From Patescibacteria group bacterium (GTDB taxonomy: Bacteria > Patescibacteriota > Microgenomatia > UBA1400 > PJMF01), in NCBI GenBank assembly GCA_016861085.1, contig BOKR01000001.1, forward strand, positions 451,271 to 515,270: a stretch of DNA of 64,000 bases, given 5' to 3'. Below are positions 34,047-43,242 of this stretch, piece by piece (position 1 is the first letter of the stretch; every line of letters starts with the position of its first letter). Under the pieces are notes generated by a model. The model did not search any database, was not told the origin of the DNA, and was given only the letters and a program-made list of their open reading frames with translations. Made by a program: the position numbers and the translations under genes.

Positions 34047-35238
34047 CTTTTTTATTTTGAAGTTCCTGGGCAGTGGTGATCAAAGTTGTTAAAATTGTTT
34101 CGGCAGACAGCTTCCAACTGAATTTTTTAATTTGTTCACGGGCTAATCGTCTAAAACTACGGCGTTCAACAGTACTCAGGTTTTGTGCCTTCCACATTTG
34201 ATCGGCAATTTCTTGTGGATTAGTAGGGTTTGCATATAACCCAGCTTCACCAACTACTTCTGGTAAACTGGTAGTATTAGAGACAATCGGCACAGTATTA
34301 AAATACAATGATTCTAGTGGTGGAATGCCAAAGCCCTCATATAAACCCACCAAACAGCTTGCAGTCGCGTGTTGGTACAGGATTTGTTTTTCAATATCAC
34401 TGATAAATCCTGTGGTAATGATTCTATTCTTTATGTTTGAATCAGCAATCCGCTTTACAATGGGTTCAGCAAGCCAACCAACTTTGCCAGCAATGACTAA
34501 CTTAGGTTTTTGATTAGTCCTGTTTGATTTGGCATTCTTTTTTTGCAGAGATCTGCCCGCATCCATTCTGTAATAAATTTCGAAAGCCTCAATTAGTCGT
34601 TCAAGATTTTTTCTAGGTTGCATGGTACCTACAAACAAAAAGTAGGGTTCAGTAATAGTATGCTTCCTAAAAAAAGTATTCACTTGACTTGGCTCATAGT
34701 GCAATTTTTGTATAGCGGCAGAAGGGTATGCTACTACTATGTCATCAGGATTTTTGCCATAGTGTGTAACTATTTCATCTTTGGTAAATTTACTAATGGC
34801 AATAACTTTTTTGGCATGTTTGACGCTGTACTGTGTCCATTTTGTTAACTTGATAGTGTCTGATTTTTTAAATTGTTCTGGATATGCCAGATATGCAGTA
34901 TCCATGACTGAGCTTATATACGGAATTGGGCAAAGTCTTGGTGCATAATGTCCTGGTGTATAAAACACATCATATTTTTTTTGATTTTTGTATAAGTGAA
35001 TTGGTAAAGCCCACTGTGTCCAGAATTTTTCTGGCTTTATGACCTTATAGTCCCAGCCTTTTCTTTCATCAGGCAGATCAGTAATTTTGGGAGAAGCGAG
35101 CAATACAGTCACAGTAATGTCTTCATTTCTTCTTACTAGCTGTTCAAGTTGCACTAAAATTTCAAATGCATAGACATTACTGCCAACTCTGTTGAGAACA
35201 TTTGCTTCGTTGCCGTCAATTGCTATGTGTAGTTTCAT
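34024..35238 (-). CDS. Glycosyltransferase family 4
   Basis: IAIDGNEAN..RVG, GTMQPRKN and YEGFGIPPLES. Confidence 0.9.
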   Translation of the reverse strand: MKLHIAIDGNEANVLNRVGSNVYAFEILVQLEQLVRRNEDITVTVLLASPKITDLPDERKGWDYKVIKPEKFWTQWALPIHLYKNQKKYDVFYTPGHYAPRLCPIPYISSVMDTAYLAYPEQFKKSDTIKLTKWTQYSVKHAKKVIAISKFTKDEIVTHYGKNPDDIVVAYPSAAIQKLHYEPSQVNTFFRKHTITEPYFLFVGTMQPRKNLERLIEAFEIYYRMDAGRSLQKKNAKSNRTNQKPKLVIAGKVGWLAEPIVKRIADSNIKNRIITTGFISDIEKQILYQHATASCLVGLYEGFGIPPLESLYFNTVPIVSNTTSLPEVVGEAGLYANPTNPQEIADQMWKAQNLSTVERRSFRRLAREQIKKFSWKLSAETILTTLITTAQELQNKKGADAGKE

Positions 35239-36359
35239 TTAAAATCCTGAATTGCTTGTTTGTATACTGCTACAGTCTCACGCGCAGTTGTTTCCCAGTT
35301 AAACATTTGTTGTCGAATAATCATACGTTGCAAACGTTTTTTTTGTTCCTCAGTCGTTTCATTCAGAATTTTTTGTAAGCCAAGCGTGATGCTTTCTACA
35401 GATTCTGGATTCACAAACTCAGCAGCATTGCCAGCTACTTCAATCATGCCAGAATTATTTGAAGTTACAACCGGAGTGCCATGATGAAAACTTTCTAAAA
35501 TTGGTAGTCCAAAGCCTTCATATAATGAGGGAAAGGCAAACACCTCGGCATTGGCATATAAAACAGAAAGAGCTTTATCGGTAATTCTACCCAAAAATCT
35601 AGGTTGGTATTTATATTGTTTTGCAGCTAAATCTGATTCATCCCAGCCGCTCTCACCAGCTATCAGTAAATCATATTCGCTGGCAAGTGGTTGCCAAGCT
35701 TGAATGAGTCGAGTTAAATTTTTGCGGGGTTCACGAGTACCAACAAAGAAAATATATGGTCTATTTAAAACCAACTTTTCCTTAATCAACAACTCCTGCT
35801 CTTCTGTGACACTATCTGCAGCTTTCAGGAATTCTTCTGGAACTGCTTCATGAACAACATGAACCATATACGCTGGATATCCAAGTAACTTCACAATGTC
35901 AGTTTTTGTTGTTTGGCTGACAGCTATAATGTGGGATCTATGTTCTTTGAGCATCTTCCATGATCTCTCGTGAGCTTTTAGAATTGCTGGATGAGCAGTT
36001 TTTGGAAATTTAAGAATTGCTAGATCATGGATAGTAGATACAATTGGAATATTTTTGTCCGGGGGCTGCACCCAGTCCCAGCTATGAAACACATCTAAGT
36101 TGGGGATATAGCCTGAAACAGGCTTGAGTCCAAATTGCCATAATTTCTCAATTGCAGAAGTCGGCAGTCGTAAAAACTGGGTAGCAACTCCAGGAATTTT
36201 TTCAGCTTGTGTTTCTAAGACATCTTTTTGTCGAAGTGAATAGCCAAATAATGTTAATTGTATTTCCGGGAGTTGCGCTAAACTACGTGATAAATTTTGA
36301 GTATAGCGTGAGACCCCTCGACCATAAATAACTGATGTAAAGTCAATTCCAACATGCAT
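35235..36359 (-). CDS. Glycosyltransferase family 4
   Basis: GVSRY, TIHDL, GTREPRKN and FPSLYEGFGLPILES. Confidence 0.9.
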   Translation of the reverse strand: MHVGIDFTSVIYGRGVSRYTQNLSRSLAQLPEIQLTLFGYSLRQKDVLETQAEKIPGVATQFLRLPTSAIEKLWQFGLKPVSGYIPNLDVFHSWDWVQPPDKNIPIVSTIHDLAILKFPKTAHPAILKAHERSWKMLKEHRSHIIAVSQTTKTDIVKLLGYPAYMVHVVHEAVPEEFLKAADSVTEEQELLIKEKLVLNRPYIFFVGTREPRKNLTRLIQAWQPLASEYDLLIAGESGWDESDLAAKQYKYQPRFLGRITDKALSVLYANAEVFAFPSLYEGFGLPILESFHHGTPVVTSNNSGMIEVAGNAAEFVNPESVESITLGLQKILNETTEEQKKRLQRMIIRQQMFNWETTARETVAVYKQAIQDFK

Positions 36360-36360
36360 A

Positions 36361-37860
36361 TTATTTCATTCCAATCACGTTTAGTGGTTGCATAAACACT
36401 CTAACAAAACCGATATTCGGATAGTCTAGCACACCTACTTGTCTAAATCCTAGCTCAAGAAGCACTGATTCAATTTTGTTATTTGGATCAGTAAGATCGC
36501 GCAAATAGTCAAAAACCAAAATAGTTTTATAGCTAGCTGCAACTTTAAGATCATTTGTAAGATTTGGAACGTTTTCAATGTACAACGTTTTTGTTGAGAA
36601 AGTTGGGAAAGTGTTGAGATTTTTTTTGGCCTGTTGCATCTCATACCACCGCATTGGTGCAAATTCTTCTGGGAACGAATAGACCAGCAATGTCTCACTT
36701 GGAACAAATTCACGGTGCATTTGAGTTACTAATTCTCGCCAATTTTCACGCTGTAAATTTGGAGTTGCGTAATATGCAGTTGTTCCCAGCAGATTAATAG
36801 TAAGAAAAGTGCTCACAAAGAATATTGCGACTTTTCTTGATTTAGAGTTCATAAGTATGTCAGCAATATGGGCAATTAGAATATAGATTCCCGGTAGTAA
36901 AAAGAGCAGTCGTTTTGGTTGAATTACAGGGACTACAAATGAGATTAACCACGCTGTAATAAGAGGAACGATAATCCAAAAAAATAGTAATTTGAAGTTA
37001 TATTTTTTGAGGTTTTTTAAAATATGTGGAACTATCAGCAGTAAGGCAGCTGTGAGAGCAACTGCTAAAACAATAACAAGAACAGATGCATCAAGTGGCA
37101 GAACTCCGAATAATAATTTTCCAAACACTAGCGGAATAGCTTTGAGTTGTATTACGCTGACTACTTGTTCCCATCCTGGTAGTTGTTTTCTTACTACTCC
37201 ACCCTCTGCAAGTTGTTGTAAGAAAATTGGTAGGAATGGAAAAAATGTAGCAATAGTTACACCAAAAGAAATAAAAAGTTTTTTAGTTTTTTTGATTTTT
37301 AGAGCTAAAAATGTATACGCAATTTGGGCAAGCAGAAAAAAAGGATACAAGTATGAGGCATACAAACCCAATGTATTAAAAATTGTCAAAAAGACAATGC
37401 TATCTTTCGAATTTTTTTGTTCTAAGGATTTAATAAAATAGTACATGCTCAATACTGCTAAAGCAGTTGGCAATGAATATGGTCGCAGTTCTTGTGAATA
37501 GAAAATATGAAACGAAGATGTTGCCAATAATAAGGTACTCAAAAAGGCAACTTGCTTAGAAAATAACGTAACAGCAATTTTATAGGTAAAAATAATGGTG
37601 ATAATTCCAGGGATAACAGCCCCAATAGTTCTTAAAAACCACTCGCTTCGTGAGAAATATTGGGCAAAGTGCAAAATAAAATGTAGCAATGGTGGTTGAA
37701 AATCAGAGATGATATCAAGTTGTTGGTTGAATGGTCGAATAATTTCGAGCGCTTGTGCAGCTTCATCTAGCCAAAATGATCCATTCAATAATGGTAGACG
37801 TAGTATGATTGTCAAGACGAGTATGCAGGCGAGTGGGTATTTCAATATCAGTTTTTTCAT
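36361..37860 (-). CDS. GT-C fold (PMT/ArnT-like) membrane glycosyltransferase
   Basis: SFWLDEA, DFQPPL and FYSQELRPY; multi-TM; RENWR in the C-terminal soluble domain. Confidence 0.82.
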   Translation of the reverse strand: MKKLILKYPLACILVLTIILRLPLLNGSFWLDEAAQALEIIRPFNQQLDIISDFQPPLLHFILHFAQYFSRSEWFLRTIGAVIPGIITIIFTYKIAVTLFSKQVAFLSTLLLATSSFHIFYSQELRPYSLPTALAVLSMYYFIKSLEQKNSKDSIVFLTIFNTLGLYASYLYPFFLLAQIAYTFLALKIKKTKKLFISFGVTIATFFPFLPIFLQQLAEGGVVRKQLPGWEQVVSVIQLKAIPLVFGKLLFGVLPLDASVLVIVLAVALTAALLLIVPHILKNLKKYNFKLLFFWIIVPLITAWLISFVVPVIQPKRLLFLLPGIYILIAHIADILMNSKSRKVAIFFVSTFLTINLLGTTAYYATPNLQRENWRELVTQMHREFVPSETLLVYSFPEEFAPMRWYEMQQAKKNLNTFPTFSTKTLYIENVPNLTNDLKVAASYKTILVFDYLRDLTDPNNKIESVLLELGFRQVGVLDYPNIGFVRVFMQPLNVIGMK

Positions 37861-37909
37861 GCAATAATCCTAACTACATTGTACTCATAAAGTGAGGATT
37901 CTGAAAGCT

Positions 37910-38920
37910 ATGTTTGAATTTTTACAGGGAAAAACAGTATTGGTAACGGGTGCAGCTGGATTTATTGGCTCAAACTTGGTTGCAAAATTAATTCCCTTAG
38001 GTGCCCACATAATCGGCGTTGATAACTTATTAACTGGAAGAATTGAAAATCTTGCAGGTTTTTTGGATGACGCCAGAATTTCTAGAGTTTCTAACTTTGA
38101 ATTTATTACTGCAGATGTTACTCAACCTGTTGCGTCGTACCTACCTGAAGGCAAAAAAATTGATGTTGTCTTGCATTTTGCTTCACCTGCTTCTCCACCC
38201 AGATATCAAAAATACCCAGTTGAAACCTATTTAGTTAATTCTCTTGCCACACATTATTTAGCAGAGTATTTACACAAAACTAACCCTGAGGGAAGGTTTG
38301 TGTTTGCGGGAACTTCAGAGGCATATGGTGATCCTCAGGTGCATCCACAGCCAGAAACGTATTGGGGTAATGTCAACCCAAATGGCAAGCGATCTTGCTA
38401 TGACGAATCAAAACGGTTAGGTGAAACTATTTGTGGAGTGTTCTATCGTGATTTTGGTTTAGATACTAGAATAGTGAGGATTTTTAATACCTATGGACCA
38501 AACATGGATCCAACTGATGGTAGAGTAATTCCAAATTTTGTGATGCAAGCACTCAAGGGAGGACCGCTTACAGTGTATGGTGATGGCAGTTACACCCGTT
38601 CGTATTGTTATATAGACGACTTAGTTGAGTACATTTTGCGAATGACCTGTAAAGAGGGGCTTGCTGGTGAGACTGTAAATATAGGTAATCCCCAAGAATT
38701 CACTATATTACAAACTGCTCAGCTGATACATGAAGCAATCAATCCTGGAGCTGAGTTCAAAGCAGACTTTAAACCACTGCCCTCTGATGACCCGACTAAA
38801 CGCAAACCAGACATTACCAAGGCCAAACAATTGTTGGGATTTGAACCACAAGTTCAATTTGCAGAAGGTTTACAAAAAACGATTGAGTATTTTAGGCCCA
38901 TTTATGCGGCGGTTTCTTAA
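37910..38920 (+). CDS. UDP-glucuronate decarboxylase-like NAD-dependent epimerase/dehydratase
   Basis: VTGAAGFIGS, HFASPASP, TSEAYGDPQVHPQPETYWGNVNP, YDESKR, RIFNTYGP and DDPTKRKPDI. ATG at 37910 preferred over GTG at 37892. Confidence 0.9.
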   Translation: MFEFLQGKTVLVTGAAGFIGSNLVAKLIPLGAHIIGVDNLLTGRIENLAGFLDDARISRVSNFEFITADVTQPVASYLPEGKKIDVVLHFASPASPPRYQKYPVETYLVNSLATHYLAEYLHKTNPEGRFVFAGTSEAYGDPQVHPQPETYWGNVNPNGKRSCYDESKRLGETICGVFYRDFGLDTRIVRIFNTYGPNMDPTDGRVIPNFVMQALKGGPLTVYGDGSYTRSYCYIDDLVEYILRMTCKEGLAGETVNIGNPQEFTILQTAQLIHEAINPGAEFKADFKPLPSDDPTKRKPDITKAKQLLGFEPQVQFAEGLQKTIEYFRPIYAAVS

Positions 38921-39758
38921 CTTTTGATGGTCTTCGTAAATATTCTTCTATTGTTCTGACTAGGTCTGCTCTCATTTGAGCAGTAAATCCGGGGGTCGTT
39001 TTAAGGCGGCTGATTCTTGTTTTAATTTCTTCAACCGATCTTTTATCGTCTAAATCATCAAGTCTGTAAGAAATAGAAAACATAAGTGAATTTTCCCAGG
39101 TACGCTTTGCTTCTTGTTCAAAAATAATGGTGAAGAGTTCGATTAAGTCACTATCAGTTAACTGTGTTAGTTTAAACTCGTCAAAATGCCTCAGTCTATA
39201 GGCATAGTAGTTTCCAAGGATTGTTTCAATAGCATCTTTAGCTCTTTTTTGTTGATCAGGGGTAAATGTTTTTATTTGTTTGGCAATGAGGGTGATTTGT
39301 GCCTCACTATGTACAGAGAGTGCTCTTACTAGCTGGTCAGTTGTTTCTTTTCCTCGTTTTTCCCTTTCATTTCCCTCAGCATCATAGGCTTTTTCATTCC
39401 TAGCTCGCTCTAGAGCAACTATCTTTTGGCACAATGTTTCGTTATCAAAACCAATAAGTCCAAATGTTAGTAACTCTCTTTTTTTGTAGGCTTCATATTT
39501 TCTCTCCTCTGCTATTTTAGTTTTTTCTTCTTGCCTTTTTTTTCTTAAAAACTCTTGGCGATATTTACTCCATGCGTGGCGTTCATTTGCAGTTAATCTC
39601 TTTACTCCTAGAAGCCTAGCTATCTCAACAGGAGTCATGGAGTGGTAACTATCATCTTTGGCAACCTTTGCTATTTCGTAAAGCAATCGTTGGATAGTGG
39701 GCTGTGGTGTAGTTTTGTTTTCTTGTTCATGATTATTGGCTATAATTTTTTTTAGCAT
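38892..39758 (-). CDS. Hypothetical charged helical protein
   Basis: 288-aa ORF with its own extended -10 (TGTTATAGT) and SD-like GTGGTGA; no TM; HTH-like MTPVEIARLLGV. Confidence 0.7.
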   Translation of the reverse strand: MLKKIIANNHEQENKTTPQPTIQRLLYEIAKVAKDDSYHSMTPVEIARLLGVKRLTANERHAWSKYRQEFLRKKRQEEKTKIAEERKYEAYKKRELLTFGLIGFDNETLCQKIVALERARNEKAYDAEGNEREKRGKETTDQLVRALSVHSEAQITLIAKQIKTFTPDQQKRAKDAIETILGNYYAYRLRHFDEFKLTQLTDSDLIELFTIIFEQEAKRTWENSLMFSISYRLDDLDDKRSVEEIKTRISRLKTTPGFTAQMRADLVRTIEEYLRRPSKVKKPPHKWA

Positions 39759-39869
39759 TCACCACTTTCTGTTTATTAATAAATTGAATTACTATAACAG
39801 TATCCAATTAGTTAAAAAAACCTTGTGGTTTATCACAAATTTCTTTATAATGATTTTTTTCAAACAAAA

Positions 39870-42800
39870 TTAGAAATTTTCTCCTTTAACGCGATACATG
39901 ACGTCAACAGAATTGTCAGTGTTGACTGTAAATTCAAAAAACGAATCATTTTTCCAGTCACGTACGAATGATGAGAGATAGTGCATATTTGTATCAGGAT
40001 CAGTTATATGCTTTGTTGAAAGCTCACCTTGTAGTTTTTCTGCGTCATTTGAATCAGAATGGTGACTGGTAATAATATATTTTTGCAGATTTGGATACTG
40101 TGAGAGTTTTCTTTCTAGTTCAAAAATAAAATTATTTGGTTGAGTGCGATCTTCCCAATTTAGATTATGAGAAATAATAAACAGGTTTTTAATTGTAGGT
40201 AGCTTTTCAATTTGGAGTAATGCGTTATACAAAAAAAGCTGTTGGGCTTGGGAAATTTGTGAGTCTTCATTTACATTAAGCAACACAAAAAATTCTGATT
40301 CTGTATAGAAATAGCTATCTTTGGCTTGATGAAATTTAGAATCATTCAGATCAATGTTGCCAATTGTGTATAAAATAGGTATTTTATTAAAAACTGTGTT
40401 GAAGATAGTATCTGATTTCAGGCTATTGTCATGATAAATATCACCAGTTATGACAGCAAAACTATTGCTAGCAGAAAGAGATGCTTTTAATACAGAAGCA
40501 AATTGCGCAGTAGAATATTCTTGCAGCAAGCCAGTATCAATTTGAGTTTTTGGTTCATATCTATTTGAGATTACTGCAAAAGAATATGATTGATCTAAGT
40601 TTTTCAGTGAGATTTTTTGTTTATTAACAATGGGTACTTCTGGAGATGATTTCTGCGCAATCGGAGAAACTTTGAACAAACTACAACTGTCATTGCAACC
40701 GATAGCTACATACATCAGATCAAAGTTGTTTTTAAGGTTTTGAAAGGCGGAGCTTAAGGTTTCGTTGGATTGTGTTTGAAAATCAGTTGCGTATAAGTTG
40801 GTGTCTATCACGAGTGAATTGTATTGGTCAATAAGGGGTCTTTCAGAGCTTATAACACCATAAACAGATATTGCTGTATCGAAATATGGTTGAGATTCTG
40901 ATAAAGGTAACGGGTTATAGTTGCCATTAGAAAAGAGATCTACATAATACGGGTTCATAGAAGTAATAACAAAATAGTCTTTTTCTCGATTAAGAAAAGA
41001 ATGAGTATCGATATGAACATTTGCTAGATTTAAAGCAGTGCGTTTGTCGGAAAGTACATCATTTCTAAATTGGTTAGTAAATGTAGTTTTAAAGTCTTGG
41101 TTTGCTAAAAATAACGTAACAATCAGTACTGCACAAATTTGAGTAAAATACGCTAGTTGATACCGAATGGTATGAATCAGAACCGTAAAAATGATGATGA
41201 GGATAGGAAGTAGGATAAAAAACAATACCATGTCTTGGGAAGAAAGAGGTTTATTACTGAATTCCAGTGCGGTTGCGATAAGTGTATATAAAAGCAATGA
41301 GCCGAAAATCAGTATTTGTTTTGCTGATGAAGTGTCAAATTTTTTGAGTAACATCTCAGTAGCTTTGTATATTCCAAATAAAATGATAATCCCTATCGCC
41401 ATGTTAAGAAAATAAAACATGGTAGGGGTATTATTGATCATGAGGAATGGCACTAACAGTATTGAGTATACGTCTACATTTTTTCTTAAAATCATACCGT
41501 TATTGCTACAAACGGTAAAAGAGCCAGTTTCTAGGAAACATTTTGCTGAGGTTAGGGATTCAATTTGCGGATCAGAAATAGATAGATCTCTGATAAGTGC
41601 ATACTCATGGAGTGGATTTTTATGTAAAAGGAAAAGTGCTAAGAAAATAGTGAAATACAACGGCCAGTGCTTGAGGAAATTCTTAACTACAAACTGAATT
41701 GAATGTAAAGTATTTGGTTTTACGGCCGCAATTGTAATACCAGCAAACGCCCAAAAAGTGTAGGCAACTTTTGAAGCAGCAAAGACATCTATATATGTCG
41801 CATTGATGAGTATCCCTAGAATTGAGCCAAGAAATCCAATTCTGAGAGCTTGAATGATTGGTGCAGTTTCTGTTTTTTGTTTGAAGATTTCTAAAGCAAT
41901 AATACAGATGAAACCGTAAAAAGTTAAAAATCCCAAAATCCCTGTCTCCCCTATTGTTCTCAAGAAGTTATTGTCAGTTGATTCAGCAGTGCTATATTCT
42001 CCTGGATTACTAATGCTCACAAGAGTGGCATAGCCATTTCCAAAGAGTGGATTGTTGATAAATCCCTTCAGCGCATTTGGCCAGAGTGTGTCAAGACGAA
42101 TTCCCATAGAGAGACCATATTTCAGCGCGTTTTGTGACCAAGTGCTTTTTTCTTCAATCCATTCCTTTCTTTCTGTTCCATCGTCATTTTGAATAGTTAT
42201 TTGTTTAAAGACTACTCCGTCTCCTACTAAGTCATCAGGGGTAGCATCAGGATTGGCCGGAATGTCAGAACCATTGAATGCTGTTTTGATTAGTGAAATA
42301 AATTTGTCACGAGTCGTTAGAGCAAAGAAATTGAGAAAAATGGTAAGAGCGATTGTAACCAAAACTACTGCTATACTTCCCCATTTGAGCTGTTGTTTAA
42401 TATTTCCTAATTTTTGTAAATGAAGCAACAACACAACGAATATTCCTACCACATACGCCAAAAGAGCCGTTTTTGAGCCACTTGTGACGAGCATCCAGGC
42501 ACCAAGAATATGTACTATATGTAGAAATATGCTCGTGTAGGTAGATTTTTGTTTTATAGTTTTTTGTAACCGTTTTAGATCAATCTGCAACGTGTTTAAT
42601 GCCAATGAAAAAATAATTGGTAGGACGATAACTAAGTATGCTGCTAGATCGTAGTGACCAGCAAAAGTGGATTGCGGTCTGGCTCCCTCTTGTAAATACA
42701 GTGTTGTTCCCTTTGAGTACTCACGATTCATGGTTGAGTATAATGGAAAATGCAAATATTCTTGACCAAAACCATACAAGACTACTCCAAGAATCGTAAA

Positions 42801-43235
42801 TGCTAATAATACCAAAACTATTTTGAGCTGTTTTTGAGTTTTAATACTTGAGTAAGTAAAAAAGAATAATGCGAAGTATTCTAGATAGCGAAAGAGATGA
42901 AGGCTACTTTTTCCAATGTGTAAGAGTTGTGCTGGAATGCTTTTAATTAGGAGTGTACCCAACAAAATTGAAATAAGCCCAGAAATTGTGTATAAAACAA
43001 CCATCCAGAAATAGGTTGACTTAACTTTAAATCGTTTTTTGTAGGCATCTTTAAGCCAAATTAGAGCGGTAATAAAAATGAGGATATCTTCAGGTCTGGC
43101 CCTAACGATATATCCAGGAAGCACATCAAAGATTGGGATTTTGGGAAACAATGGTATAAATACTATAAGAAAAGCACTGAATACGAAAAGTCCATGAATA
43201 TCTAACCAGGCTAAGATGTGTTTAAGTTTGTTCAT
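39870..43235 (-). CDS. Fusion protein: O-antigen ligase-like + GT-C-like + degenerate metallophosphoesterase-like domain
   Basis: N-terminal ~500 aa parallel 28026-29732 (QSTFAGHYD, STDNNFLRTIGETG, DVFAASKVAYTFW). The middle parallels 47296-48924. The C-terminus has VITGDIY, IGNID and IISH. Confidence 0.75.
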   Translation of the reverse strand: MNKLKHILAWLDIHGLFVFSAFLIVFIPLFPKIPIFDVLPGYIVRARPEDILIFITALIWLKDAYKKRFKVKSTYFWMVVLYTISGLISILLGTLLIKSIPAQLLHIGKSSLHLFRYLEYFALFFFTYSSIKTQKQLKIVLVLLAFTILGVVLYGFGQEYLHFPLYSTMNREYSKGTTLYLQEGARPQSTFAGHYDLAAYLVIVLPIIFSLALNTLQIDLKRLQKTIKQKSTYTSIFLHIVHILGAWMLVTSGSKTALLAYVVGIFVVLLLHLQKLGNIKQQLKWGSIAVVLVTIALTIFLNFFALTTRDKFISLIKTAFNGSDIPANPDATPDDLVGDGVVFKQITIQNDDGTERKEWIEEKSTWSQNALKYGLSMGIRLDTLWPNALKGFINNPLFGNGYATLVSISNPGEYSTAESTDNNFLRTIGETGILGFLTFYGFICIIALEIFKQKTETAPIIQALRIGFLGSILGILINATYIDVFAASKVAYTFWAFAGITIAAVKPNTLHSIQFVVKNFLKHWPLYFTIFLALFLLHKNPLHEYALIRDLSISDPQIESLTSAKCFLETGSFTVCSNNGMILRKNVDVYSILLVPFLMINNTPTMFYFLNMAIGIIILFGIYKATEMLLKKFDTSSAKQILIFGSLLLYTLIATALEFSNKPLSSQDMVLFFILLPILIIIFTVLIHTIRYQLAYFTQICAVLIVTLFLANQDFKTTFTNQFRNDVLSDKRTALNLANVHIDTHSFLNREKDYFVITSMNPYYVDLFSNGNYNPLPLSESQPYFDTAISVYGVISSERPLIDQYNSLVIDTNLYATDFQTQSNETLSSAFQNLKNNFDLMYVAIGCNDSCSLFKVSPIAQKSSPEVPIVNKQKISLKNLDQSYSFAVISNRYEPKTQIDTGLLQEYSTAQFASVLKASLSASNSFAVITGDIYHDNSLKSDTIFNTVFNKIPILYTIGNIDLNDSKFHQAKDSYFYTESEFFVLLNVNEDSQISQAQQLFLYNALLQIEKLPTIKNLFIISHNLNWEDRTQPNNFIFELERKLSQYPNLQKYIITSHHSDSNDAEKLQGELSTKHITDPDTNMHYLSSFVRDWKNDSFFEFTVNTDNSVDVMYRVKGENF

Positions 43236-43242
43236 GTAAATC

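Noticed and set aside
39823-39838. TTGTGGTTTATCACAA as a CRP or Rex operator
   Set aside because: Half-site spacing matches neither CRP (TGTGA-N6-TCACA) nor Rex (TTGTGAA-N4-TTCACAA); single occurrence.
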